Positions 13,297 to 24,900 of a stretch of 64,000 nt of DNA are shown here, piece by piece. The DNA is taken from the NCBI GenBank assembly GCA_043228905.1, contig JBHGNT010000010.1:8060001-8124000 (forward strand). Reading direction: 5' to 3'. Position 1 is the stretch's first letter; every line of letters begins with the position of its first letter. The notes beneath the pieces were generated by a model, which was given only the letters and a program-made list of their open reading frames with translations, did no database searches and was not told the origin of the DNA. This DNA comes from Azolla caroliniana (lineage: Eukaryota; Plantae; Polypodiophyta). Position numbers and translations under genes: made by a program.

Positions 13297-13439
13297 AAAT
13301 TGGCATCGAGGGTGTGGGTGCCCGGGCACCAACATACGCAGAGGCAGGTGGCAGGTGGCAGACAGACGGATTGTATGCGTTGCGGTTCCTTTGAAATTGG
13401 CATCGAGGGTGTGGGCGCCCGGGCACCAACATACACAGA
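13297..13439 (+). repeat. 46-bp direct repeat (2 copies) containing a GGTGCCCGGGCACC palindrome, upstream of the GH9 gene
   Basis: AAATTGGCATCGAGGGTGTGGG(T/C)GCCCGGGCACCAACATAC(G/A)CAGA at 13297 and 13394, with 2 mismatches. Confidence 0.85.
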
Positions 13440-13673
13440 TGGCCGAGACAAAGCGAGACAGACATGGTCTGGTCCACCCAAAACAAACCAATGATGAAGT
13501 GAAAGATCACCCACCAACAAAAAAACAAACAAATACATTCCATCACTTCCCTTCTTCTTCTCTGAGATCTCTCTCTCTCTCATATTCTTCCTTCTTTTCC
13601 TTCCTTTCCGCGTGACCCATGTGAAGCAGGCAGGCAGGCAGAGGCAGAGGCAGCAACACAGAGACAGAGGAAG

Positions 13674-13709
<36 letters not shown>

Positions 13710-13713
13710 GGTA

Positions 13714-16700
13714 ATGGGGGGGGGTAAACGTAGCAAAGGATGTTTTGGGTGGACCATCGTCGTGATCGTAGCTGCCATCGTCGTGGGCGCCATCGTCGGC
13801 ACTCTTGTTTACAGCCATCACAAGAAGAGCAGTGCTGCTCCATCTTCCCCTTCTTCTTCTTCCTCACCCTCCTCTACTTCCCTTGGATCTGCTTCCTATA
13901 CTCAAGCTCTTAAACTCGCCCTCACCTTCCTTGACGTGCAGAAATGTATGCATCTATCTCTTTTCCTTTTGCTCCTCCATTCCTTTTTTGAACAGAAAGA
14001 AAAAAGAAATTTGCATTCTTATCTGATGTTAGGATATACATTTTGTTCTTTTTGTTTTGCCTCTATTTCTTTTTGAAGAAATTGATATTTGTTGTGCCAT
14101 GCGAAAGAACAGAATGTTCGATGCCATTCTCGACTCCATTCCTTGAAGAAACATTGCCCTGTCCAAAAGACGTTAGCCATTTCTTGTTTCCCTTTTCAAT
14201 GTCGTTTTCTCTTTAGCTATTTGGCCTTTGCTCAAAGCTAAATTAGGTAATATGTAGAAACATATGTCAATTTTCCTCTGTTGAAACCACATTTTAGAGA
14301 AACCAAGTTTTACCCGATGTTTTGCCATTGTCGAAGCTACATTATGCAGGGGCATTCCTATCTATTTCTTGACGCTGTTTTATATACATTCTTATGTAGC
14401 TGATGCGAGGAAATGTATAATATCTTCCTTTCTTGAAGCTACATTCTTTTGTAAAAAAAGGGTTTTTACCATTTCTTGAAAATTTGTGGTTGTTTCAAGA
14501 AACATTGTTTTGCAATGTAAAGAAGAAAACATTATATGCCATTTTTTCATTGCGTATTTTCTGTGTAGCTGGGAAGCTTCCTTCTGACTACTCGGTGGCT
14601 TGGCGGGGTGATTCGGCATTATCAGATGGGAGCGATGTGGATGTTGATCTTGTCGGTGGAATGTATGATGCCGGGGATCACATCAAGTTTAGCTTTCCAT
14701 TGGCTTTCACCTCCACTTTGCTATCATGGAGTGTGCTCGAGTACAGCTCACAATTTTCTTCGGTTGATTTGCTTGATTCAACCAAAGCCCATATTAGGTG
14801 GATCACTGATTATCTTCTCAAGACACATAACTCGACCGATGAACTCTACTTTCAGGTTTGTAGCTCTTGTAATGGAAATACTCTATTATATTATTATTTA
14901 TTCCTCCCCACCCCTCTTTTTCCTTTTAGAAGCTGCCCAATCTATTGGTTGCATTGTGTGGAAAACGTTTTATATTTTGGTATGAAAATATGGGTACTGG
15001 TTTTAAAATCTGCATATCTATTTGAGTATAGTCAAATTTATATGCATGATATGAAAAGGTTGTCATCTGTTATTTTGAGAAGCTTGAGTTTGAAAGTTAT
15101 TCTATTAAGACTTGTTTGAAAAGCTGTTGTAAACTCTATATAATTCAGGGTTTATTTATCATAAATAATGCAGGCTTTTTTCTAAAAATAGTTGAGTTTT
15201 GCTCATGAACTTATCTTGATTTGTATCCTGTCTATCAGTAACAATGGCAAAGTCGAAGGAAAAATGTGTTGTTTCTCCTACCAGTGTACCACTGAGTTAC
15301 ACATAACCATCTCTGTTTTGTCCACAATCAATATTCCTCTCTGTATCCTTTGCATGTTTAATTCGTTAATACATTCAAAAATATGTGAAAGTACCAGATT
15401 GAGCTGTGCACATAATGAAATGTCTTGATTGATTTAGGTTGGGGATCCCGCTATTGATCATGCCTGCTGGCAGCGCCCTGAAGATATGGATGAAAAAAGA
15501 CCATCTCTCAAATTAACTACAAAGTCACCTGGTTCCGATATTGCTGCTGAAGTAGCTGCCGCATTGGCATCAGCCTCTTTGGTCTTTCGGAAGGATGATG
15601 CATCGTATTCTTCTGAGCTTGTAAAGCATGCGAAAGAGCTTTTCAATTTTGCTGATTCGTATAAGGGTTTGTACACTGCTAGTTTTCCCGCTGGAGAAAC
15701 GTATTACAATTCAACCGGTTATGGAGATGAGTTGTTGTGGGCTGCTTCGTGGCTTTTTCATGCGACGGGGAAGGAAGAATATTTAACATATGTCACGGGA
15801 ACTGCTGGTGAGAACTATGCTGAATGGGGTGAAGCTCCAGCTTGGTTTAGCTGGGATAATAAGCTTCCAGGCGTTCAGGTTTGTCCCCTGCTAGGTTTAT
15901 GAGCTTAGAAATATTTTTTGAGCTAGATTAATCTTGATTTAAGACAATAATCAAACAGAAGGCATAGATTTTAGGCTTATGTGCATCCCATAGTATCAAA
16001 CAAATTTAGGGGTTATTAGTCTAACACTTATCTTGGTGTAGGGATGTACACCTGCATTCATCTTGAGCAAACCAGTACTATAAGGAATGAAGGGAAATGC
16101 CCTCTCCTTAATTGTCTCTTTAGAGAGGAATATGAATGTAATGAAGGAATCTACATAAGAGGATAGCTAGCCTTTCATACATATACATATATTCATAATC
16201 CAGGTCATAGCCATCAAGGCTCTGGATAGACAAATCCATGATCCATCCATATACAAATGGGCATATCTCTAGTGTTGTTATTGACTTCTAATTAAGATTA
16301 TGTGTGCGAATAACGTGCTGTGGATAAATTAACTTTCATACATGAATTTATGGAAATAAAAAAGATAGATAAGTAAGTTAGAGGCGCTATATTGTTGCTC
16401 CTTACGTTGTTTATACAAGGTCGAGTCATCATTGCTATGATAATACATGCACCATATATGGTGCATTGATGGAGCAAAAATTACTATCTGTTGTTTTATC
16501 TCCAGGGTAAAATGTGATAGTAGCTAATCCTCTCTTGGTTGTAGGTGCTTTTGGCAAGATATCAACTTCTCCAGGGAGGAGGAGGATCTACCGCAGAAAC
16601 AAATGGGCTATCGAAATATCGGAGTACTGCTGAGGAATTGATGTGTGCCCTTCTGCCCAACTCTCCCACCGCAACAACAAGCCGCACTGATGGTAGGTCT

Positions 16701-19083
16701 TAATAATTCTTTTCAGTTCATGTGTGCTCTTAATGGTTTCGCTGGCTTTGCTATATCTGACTCCTTGGTAAGATATTTCTGTTTTTCACCCAGAATTTAC
16801 TTGTGCTTGTATTATTATTATTTTACTAGAAACTGCTGAAATGATTAGGCATGTTCCTTATAGCTAGCAATGGGTCCGGTTCGGTTTCTTGGCCTTGAAA
16901 CCAAACCAAACCAAACCATACCATTTATTAATAATAAAAACCGAACCAAACTGTTTTAAAACTTATGAAGCCATTTAAACTGAACCGTTTAGAGCCGAAC
17001 CGTTAAACGAAACTGTTTAAAGCATAGGAGAAACCAAACCGTTTACGAAAAATTTAAAACCAAACCAAACCAAACCATTTTTTATTGATATTAATCATTA
17101 TACTTATTATAAATTTGTGTGAGAAAATCATCATAAATTTATTCATCATACTCATCATAAATTTTGTTATCATACTTCTCATAAAATTTGTCATCATACT
17201 TATCATAAATTTGGTCATCATACTAATCATAAATTTGATCATCATACTTATCATAATTGATCATCATAAATGAAAAAGAGACTCTACATATAATACATAT
17301 AAAATTTAATAAGTTAAAACAAGAGTTTAAAATTAAAAATTGAAAGTTAGAGCCTATAGAAAATATTTATGAGTATTTTTTAACCTATAAACCTATAAAC
17401 CTATAAACCTTTAAACCTTTAAATCGAACCACATAAACAGAAATTGATAAGCCGATAAACCGATAAACCGGTCAATTCAAAACCGAACTGAACCGAACTG
17501 AAACTGATTAGTAACATTTGAAACCAAACCAAACCGTTTATTTATCTTTGAACCTATAAACCGTTAAGCCACGATTTTTCAGTTCGGTTCGGTTTGAGCC
17601 GAAACCGGGCCCATTGCTACTTATAGCTTTGTTTTCATTGTTTGTAGTATGGGCCAATTATATTTTCAACTCTCACATTTGTTGAAAGTGAGTTTGTAAA
17701 GCCATTTGTTAAGAGATCAGTGTCAGTCAACTGTAATGATCTCAAGCAAAACATGAAGAATGTTTTTTGCAATGAACTTGGATTAGATGCATGTCTTTAT
17801 ATTTGAACCCCACAATTGTAAATTTATAAATCGTAAGCTTTATGACTACTCCCATCACATTTATATGTTAAAATCTGTAATTTCTAAAGGACCTCTAAAT
17901 GTAATGCTTTCAGCTAGTGCGTCAGCATGAGATGCCATCTCTTAACTCCTCTCGGTGCCCAATTATTTTGATGTGGCTAAATGAACTAGCATTATGTTTT
18001 CAATCATTTCAGACTTAAAAATTGTGAATTTTAAGGATCTAAATACTTTTGTATGATAAAAATATTGCTTATTCCTCTTCTGCTTTGCAGCTGGACTTAT
18101 ATGGGTTATACAATGGAATCCAATACAACATGCAGTGAATTCTGCTCTAATGGCTCTCATGTACAGTGACTATATGTTTACATCTAAGTCAGGGAACCTA
18201 AAGTGTTCAGGAAAAGATTTCTCTTCACAGGATCTTCGAAACTTTGCTATATCTCAAGTATGTATGTTTCAACCTTTGACTGTGTTTAGTCAAAATTAAC
18301 ATCTTTTACCTTTATTAATTAATAATTCATGACTGTCCAACTCATTCTTTCTAGAAACCTTAAATTCAACTATCTATTTCAAAGGGTTGAATAACATATT
18401 TACGAAGGGCGTAGTGTAATATTTCGAAAACCTACAATGTTACATTTCATCTAATACGCAATATGGATTGTACTTTTAAAAAATCGCCAAATCTCTGATT
18501 GGGTAAATAGTGAGTGTGATAGCCCCAAATAGTCCTGGTTTTAAGCCCATAAATCTTCTGGGCATAACCTTGAAAACGTATAAAGAGCTTTCATAATCAC
18601 CCAATATAAATCGTAATTTTTACAAACTCTCCTGATCTTTGATGGGGCAACACATTGGTGACCATCCCTGCATTAATCAAAATTACCTTGTTCCTTTTAT
18701 GTTATTTCATAACACATTCCATTGTGAAATCACATGTGATGCAGGCTAATTACCTCTTGGGAAAGAATCCTGAAAGCTTGAGCTATTTAGTAGGCTATGG
18801 CTCAAAGTATCCACAACAAGTGCATCATAGAGCAGCTTCAATACCTAGTGATGGGGTCACTTATGGATGCAAAGATGGGTTCCAATGGCTCTCAGTAACT
18901 ACCCCAAACCCTCATGTTGCTAATGGTGCTCTAGTTGGTGGTCCTTTCCGGAATGATAGCTTCATTGACAGTCGCAACAATACAATGCAAAATGAACCTT
19001 CCACTTACAACACTGCAGCAATCGTGGGTTTGCTCGCTGGTTTGGTATCGTCTACCCAAGTATCACTCGTTAGCTGGACGTGA
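13714..19083 (+). CDS. GH9B: Glycoside hydrolase family 9 endo-1,4-beta-glucanase with N-terminal membrane anchor (GH9B5/GH9B7-like), 537 aa
   Basis: Exons 13714-13945, 14569-14855, 15438-15878, 16545-16692, 18091-18257 and 18745-19083. All introns are GT-AG and phases are consistent (1614 nt). Motifs: TM helix CFGWTIVVIVAAIVVGAIVG, QKSGKL, GGMYDAGDHIKF, DELLWAASWL, FSWDNKLPGVQV, QVHHRAAS, DSRNNTMQNEPSTYNTA. Confidence 0.95.
16865..17619. mobile_element. Non-autonomous hAT-type MITE in GH9 intron 4
   Basis: TIRs TAGCAATGGGTCCGGTT / AACCGGGCCCATTGCTA. Perfect 8-bp TSD CTTATAGC (16857-16864, 17620-17627). Many subterminal AACCG/AAACC motifs and an internal ~24-bp TCATCATACTTATCATAAATTTG tandem at about 17095-17272. 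Confidence 0.93.
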
Positions 19084-21504
19084 TATGGACATGATATGAT
19101 TTTGTATGGTGGGTGTATTATCTGTATCATTCATTATTTGAAATATTTTTTCTATCCATTCATCATGAGAATGAAAAGGAGATCAGAGTTTCGCACACAC
19201 AATGGGAAGAGTTTCATAGTACTTGATATAGTGTGTAGGCATGTTTGCTATTCAATGAAGATGAATGATTAATATGGTTTGGAACAAATATACTCTATTG
19301 ATGTAACGCATGAAAAACAAATCAAGCATGTCATTGCAACAAAAAAATTATGTATACAAATTTGTATATTATTCAAGGCACATGATATTAAAAAGCAATT
19401 GGTAATCCCTTCATTATTACTCATATCATGGCCACTAAAACAATCATAGATATCTTCATCAAAATTTGCTAGATCTGACTGTTTCACCATTCAATCCAGT
19501 TAATTGATGATGATTTTTATTTAGATTTGATTTCTAGCTAGCAAACCTTAAAGTTTCCCAAGTACAAGAGTCTATAAAGTTCTTTCATACCACACCTAGT
19601 AGAGTTTGGAGTGGCTTTTGGTTAAAATGCTAGGATGAAAATATATTGAATGTTCCTCTTGTTTTGTGAACGCCTTGACATTAATGGATTGGTCGACCAC
19701 TTGAGAATATGGAAATATCTACATATTCTTTTATCTTGCAAAGACCATTCATTTCCCAAACGATCTTCTTGATGGTAAATATTGATAAGACTTGGACATA
19801 AACTTTATGCATGAATTGTCAGATTTATTTTAAGATCTTCAACTTTGACTCCATAAAACCTTGCGAGATCCAAAATTTATATATGGAATTTTGATGTTTG
19901 CATGCAATGCCTCATTGATTTTAAAATCGATATTTCTTGCCCTCAATTCTTAAGCTATACACAATGGATTAATGTATGTAAGTTTGCAACTAAATTTATG
20001 AGTTGTTATTTGTGATTTTTGTGCAATGTATGAAAACTATATCTCATTAGTTTGTTGACACCAACTTTCCTTGATATGGCACATGCAAGTTTTGTATACT
20101 GTTGTGCTTATGCCCACTTGATGAACTCTTTATGCTAGGGTGACATTTAAAGAGGATTTTTTGATGTTCATAGGCTTTGATTTCTAGGTAAGCAAATCTA
20201 TTACTAACATTGCCCTTGTCAATAAGGTGAACAACATGTGTTATCCTTCATTGGATGCCTATTGTCATTCTCACCAACCAAACGCTATGTTGATTATTCA
20301 GTGATGGCAACATATAATAATAGAGCATAATGTCGAGTGGTATGTTATGTCCAGTAACTTAGGACCTAGTGACCAATCCTTTTTGCAAACAACATAATTT
20401 ACATTGATATATTAAATTTTCATCATCTAGATTTGAAACAAAGCATTTGCATTTTATCGATATCTCCAATTCTTCCCTACATTTTGGATTGTTCATCATC
20501 TATATTTGAGTCAAGCATTTGGACATTATGCGATGTGTTACTTGAATGCCAAGGAGATTGGATTTGTAGAGTTGGAAATGCTTCGTGACTTTAACTACTC
20601 TCTTTAGGGAAGTATGTTTGAATGCTTACAATGTGGATGTACGACGCTTGATTTGTACATATTAGGGTGGTACCAAAGGCAATTTAGACAGTGGCTTAGT
20701 ACATGATCTTGTATCGAAAAAATATGCTTAGCACGTTCAACTATATAAAGAAGAACAAAATAATACAAGATATCTATCAATTGTAGATAATTTGGAATCC
20801 CAATAAAATTCGCACATGGTTATTTTAACTACTTTTTGTTTATAAACATGTTTACATTTTATCACTAAGTCATGATATACATTATACTCATAAAAATCCA
20901 CTTCATAAAATTTCTTCACTTTATGTACTCTCCCTAGATTCTCGAGAAGGTTTTTTAAGGCAATTGATGTGATGAAACTTGCATCGTGACATCTACACTG
21001 AACAATTTGCCCAATTTTTTTTCCATCTTTTACAATGTGAAATTGCCCCAAGTTTTATTCCCCCCCAAGGTCTTAGTTACCCCCCATCTCTCTTGAGCAA
21101 TAATGTGGCATTTGGGCAATGAGAGGGTCCAATGACATCTATCATAAGTTGATTAAAGATAGTTGTCCTTGTGACGAGCATCATTGGTGTGCAAAATCAG
21201 ATGATGCCATATATGTTTGTTTTTTGGTGATTCTATGTGGGTGTGATATTTGAGCAATTATGTGGTCGAACACGGAGCCTCCTTTCCTTTCGTTTTGAGG
21301 TTGATAGGGCAGAGTGGGGTCATTATGGCATTGGGGGAAATAACGGAAACTTAGGGGCAACAGGGAGATGGAGAAATCGAAGATATGGGGAATATAGATG
21401 ATGAAGAAGAAGAACGTGTGGGGAGATGGGATAAAAATTACTTCTTGTCCACCATGATGCTATAGCTAAAATGAATTTAAAAAACATGTACATATACATA
21501 CATA

Positions 21505-21765
21505 CATAGTATGAAGCATAAATACCATTCGTGCATCCGCATTCGCGAACATTCTTATCATTCGCGTAAGAAAAACACCCTCGAAGTATGGTAAATACCA
21601 TACTTTTGCACTCATTATTTATTATAAGGTAATTGTTTTTAGGGTAAGAAAGTTAAGGTAAAATCTGTAAAAAAAACACAAGAATGTTTTCATAACATAC
21701 ACATTCGTTTGCATACGTATGAAAACGAATGTTTGGGCTAATGAACACGAATATTGCATACATTC
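21505..21765. mobile_element. Degenerate MITE (CATAG-TIR family) within an (ATAC)n tract
   Basis: Starts CATAGTATGAAGCATA...CATTCG and ends ...GAACACGAATATTGCATAC. These match the two ends of the element at 55112-56089. The right TIR is eroded. Confidence 0.6.
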
Positions 21766-21931
21766 CTACATATATACATACATTCCTACATACCTACATA
21801 CATATATTAAAAGTAGATCGTGCAACAATAGAGTGGATGGAGCTCAAGAAAACCCCAACCCTTAGATTTCTTCTTTTTGTTTGAAGGAATGAAATGACTG
21901 ATTTGTTTAGCCTCAACATCAGACAAGCAAG

Positions 21932-24900
21932 ATGAGAATGAAGAAGAAGGAGGAGGAGGAGAAAGTGCTATGTAGATACAATGTAGCTAGTGTGTTGCTT
22001 CTCTTCCTATGTCTAGTGATGTTACGACATTGTTTGTCTACGTTACCAACACCTTCTTCTTTGTTTGTTGTCGTTGCCGCGGCTGCCACCACACATTCCC
22101 CATCACACCTCTCTCCTCAACAACATCGACTCCATGATGGTGATATGTCCCATACCGATAAGGTTTAAACTTGTCTTTCTCTATGTTCGTGTTCGTGTCC
22201 ATGTCCATGTCCTTTTCCATGACCGTGTCCATGCTCATGTCCGTGCGTGCGCGTGTGTGTGTGTAAATGTCCATGTCCATGCCCATGTTGATGTCCACAT
22301 TTGTGTCCATGGCCATGTATGAATTTCATAAAGCAATTACACTAGTCGTGGCAACTTTCTGTGTACTCGGCAACTTTCCTGTGTAATCATACAACCATGG
22401 CTATTTGTTACCTCAAAACTATTGAGGGAGCCTTGCCAACTTAGAAGTGTTTAATGGGATTTATATAATGTTTGCATGCGTTGCACACACTTTACTACTC
22501 ATACTTCACATGCATAATCTAGTCTGCATATTCTATAAATTCCACTAATAAAGACTTGTATAGGAACCACTCAACAATACAATCAAAGTTCATGCTTGGC
22601 TTATGTATATCTCCACGGGCGTCCTGTTGCCATTGGGGGTATTTGTAGCTCGCTTCATGAAAAGCTCTCAGAATAATAACAAAGATGATCAACGATCGTC
22701 AAGGATAGTCGACATCCTCTACTACACCCACGTTACTCTTCAGGTTTTGATACTTTGTCGTCATATTCATGGATCATAGGATAGGTGTCCAATGCTGTCA
22801 ATTTAAAAGGAGTATCCATCCTATACCATGTCTTCATCGATACATTATGTATTTGTTATGCAAATTTAATGACTGAGGTATATTTAAATGCTCATTGTTT
22901 TTGTAGACTACAGGAATTGTTGTGTTGACGGGGGGAGCCATCTACTCGTTTCGGAACTTTGGTTATGAATTCGGGCATGCACATCAAAAGTTGGGGATTT
23001 GTTTGTGGTGCATCCTTTGGTTACAACCCATTATTGGCATTTTGAAGCCTGCCTAGTTAGTGTTCAACCTAGCTTTTGTATTTTTTCTTACCTTTCTAGT
23101 TAGCTTGTTGTTTTGTGATCTAGTATATTAACGAAGCTAGTAGAATTTAGTCCACATCTAAAAACTAGGGGAGAAGCATGATGCAAATATGTTGATAAAT
23201 AAAAAGAAATACACTAAGTCATATTAAAAAACCATATGTACAAGTTGTTAAAAAACTAGGAGACAATCGTGATACAAACACGTCGATAAATAAAAAGAAA
23301 TATACTAAATCATGTGGCATCCATACATCATCCCCAAAAATGATAAAATAAATGGAATGTGCTTTAAGATAGTGTTCTTCATGTACACAAAAATAATTTT
23401 AGTTTGGCTAGGACTATATGGCTTCTAATTTCTTAGTTGTAAGCTTATTATGTCCACATGTGTTTGGATTCTAATCAACAATTTTACCTACATAATAGAA
23501 ACCTTGACTATAGTTTTTGGGAACAAGATGAAATTTACCATATAGTTGGTTCTTTTCATATTTAATCTTACAAAGTGCATGTGGAACTTAACTATGTGTT
23601 AGAAATAATGATGCATCTTGTTGATCTTGCATTAGCTAAATGTGAGCTAAATTGCCATTGAGTGATAATCCATCATAAACAATATAATTCTCCGTTTCTC
23701 TAAAATTAGAATTCTCTCTTTCGGTCAAAATTTAACACATGTTAGACAAAATTTAACACATGTTAGAGCCCTCCTCCTAATAGCCTATCCATTTCTCCAG
23801 TGTCGTCCTTTGATTAGCAACTTCCCTAAGTAGTAGAGCATTAATGATTTCAGATCTCATAGTCCATCCACCCCTGTTTCCATGGAGTATGTTGACTTGA
23901 ACTTGTATTGGCAATGACATAATCCGTCTCCAACATTCTATACTTATTCTTAGACCTTCTGCAATGTATCCCCATGACATCCCCTTACTTGATCCAATTA
24001 GTTGATCACATTCATCTTTGATACATGGGTTCTATAGGATATGTTGACTAAGCCAAGCAGGTTCGGAATTAGGTTGATCGCACTTGAGCCCTCGTCTAAT
24101 ATCACACCACATTGTCGTGAAGATGCACATGCGTGCGTGCTTCACTTGAGCGGCACCACTGGGGTCTCGGACCGGCGAGGATGTTCGCGAACTTGTCAAA
24201 AAGACGATGATGTGGATAGGAGTCGAGGAAACCAATGTCACATTTGAAAACATCAAAAGATTGACGATTATAAGAAGAACAATAAGAAGTATATTTATAA
24301 GAAGAATTTTATATTGATGGTGATGATTATGGTGATATCACCTATTGACCCCTATTAGACAAGCCCAACTAGAGGCTTTTATAGGTCTCTCCATGCTTGT
24401 GACATGCACAAAACCATGGGCTAAAACCATGGTTTTTTGCACATGGTTTTGCTTATGACATGCACAAAACCATGGTTTTGTGCACACTGTACGTTTGTTT
24501 CCTATGGAATACTGAATATGACAAGGAAATACAAAATCTAAAGCACTTAGTAATAGCTTTAGTGGTAAGCTAATTGCTTCCTATCTTGGAGGTGCAAGGT
24601 TTAAATCTTACTTGCACTCAATGCCATTACGCCCTAGGTTTATTTATTATTGATTTATTTTCATTTTTACAAGTATTTGTGAAATGTGTGTGTATCCTCA
24701 ATTTTTGACTTTTTCTTGCACTAAACACACCACACCACATCACGACATCCACCCCCACCGAACTGCACATCCTCCGACATGTGCCAAGAAGGAAAAGAGT
24801 GATGAGGTGCCTGACCAAAGGTTGTCAACCTTTGATTTGCTCCTTTCTTGCGCCTCGCCGACACTGTCTTTGTCCCTCCATTTTGAGCTCCTACATTCCT

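Noticed and set aside
12612-13867. Several overlapping ORFs upstream of GH9
   Set aside because: They arise from microsatellite and low-complexity DNA. Only the frame from ATG 13714 matches a protein family.
17054-17273. Ile/Met-rich ORFs
   Set aside because: They are translations of the tandem repeat inside the MITE.
19500-21050. Possible decayed transposase or gene on the minus strand
   Set aside because: No family motif could be recognised with confidence. It needs a translated search.
24145-24158. TGGTGCCG on the minus strand as a PBS
   Set aside because: There is no definable LTR end upstream and no internal domain downstream.
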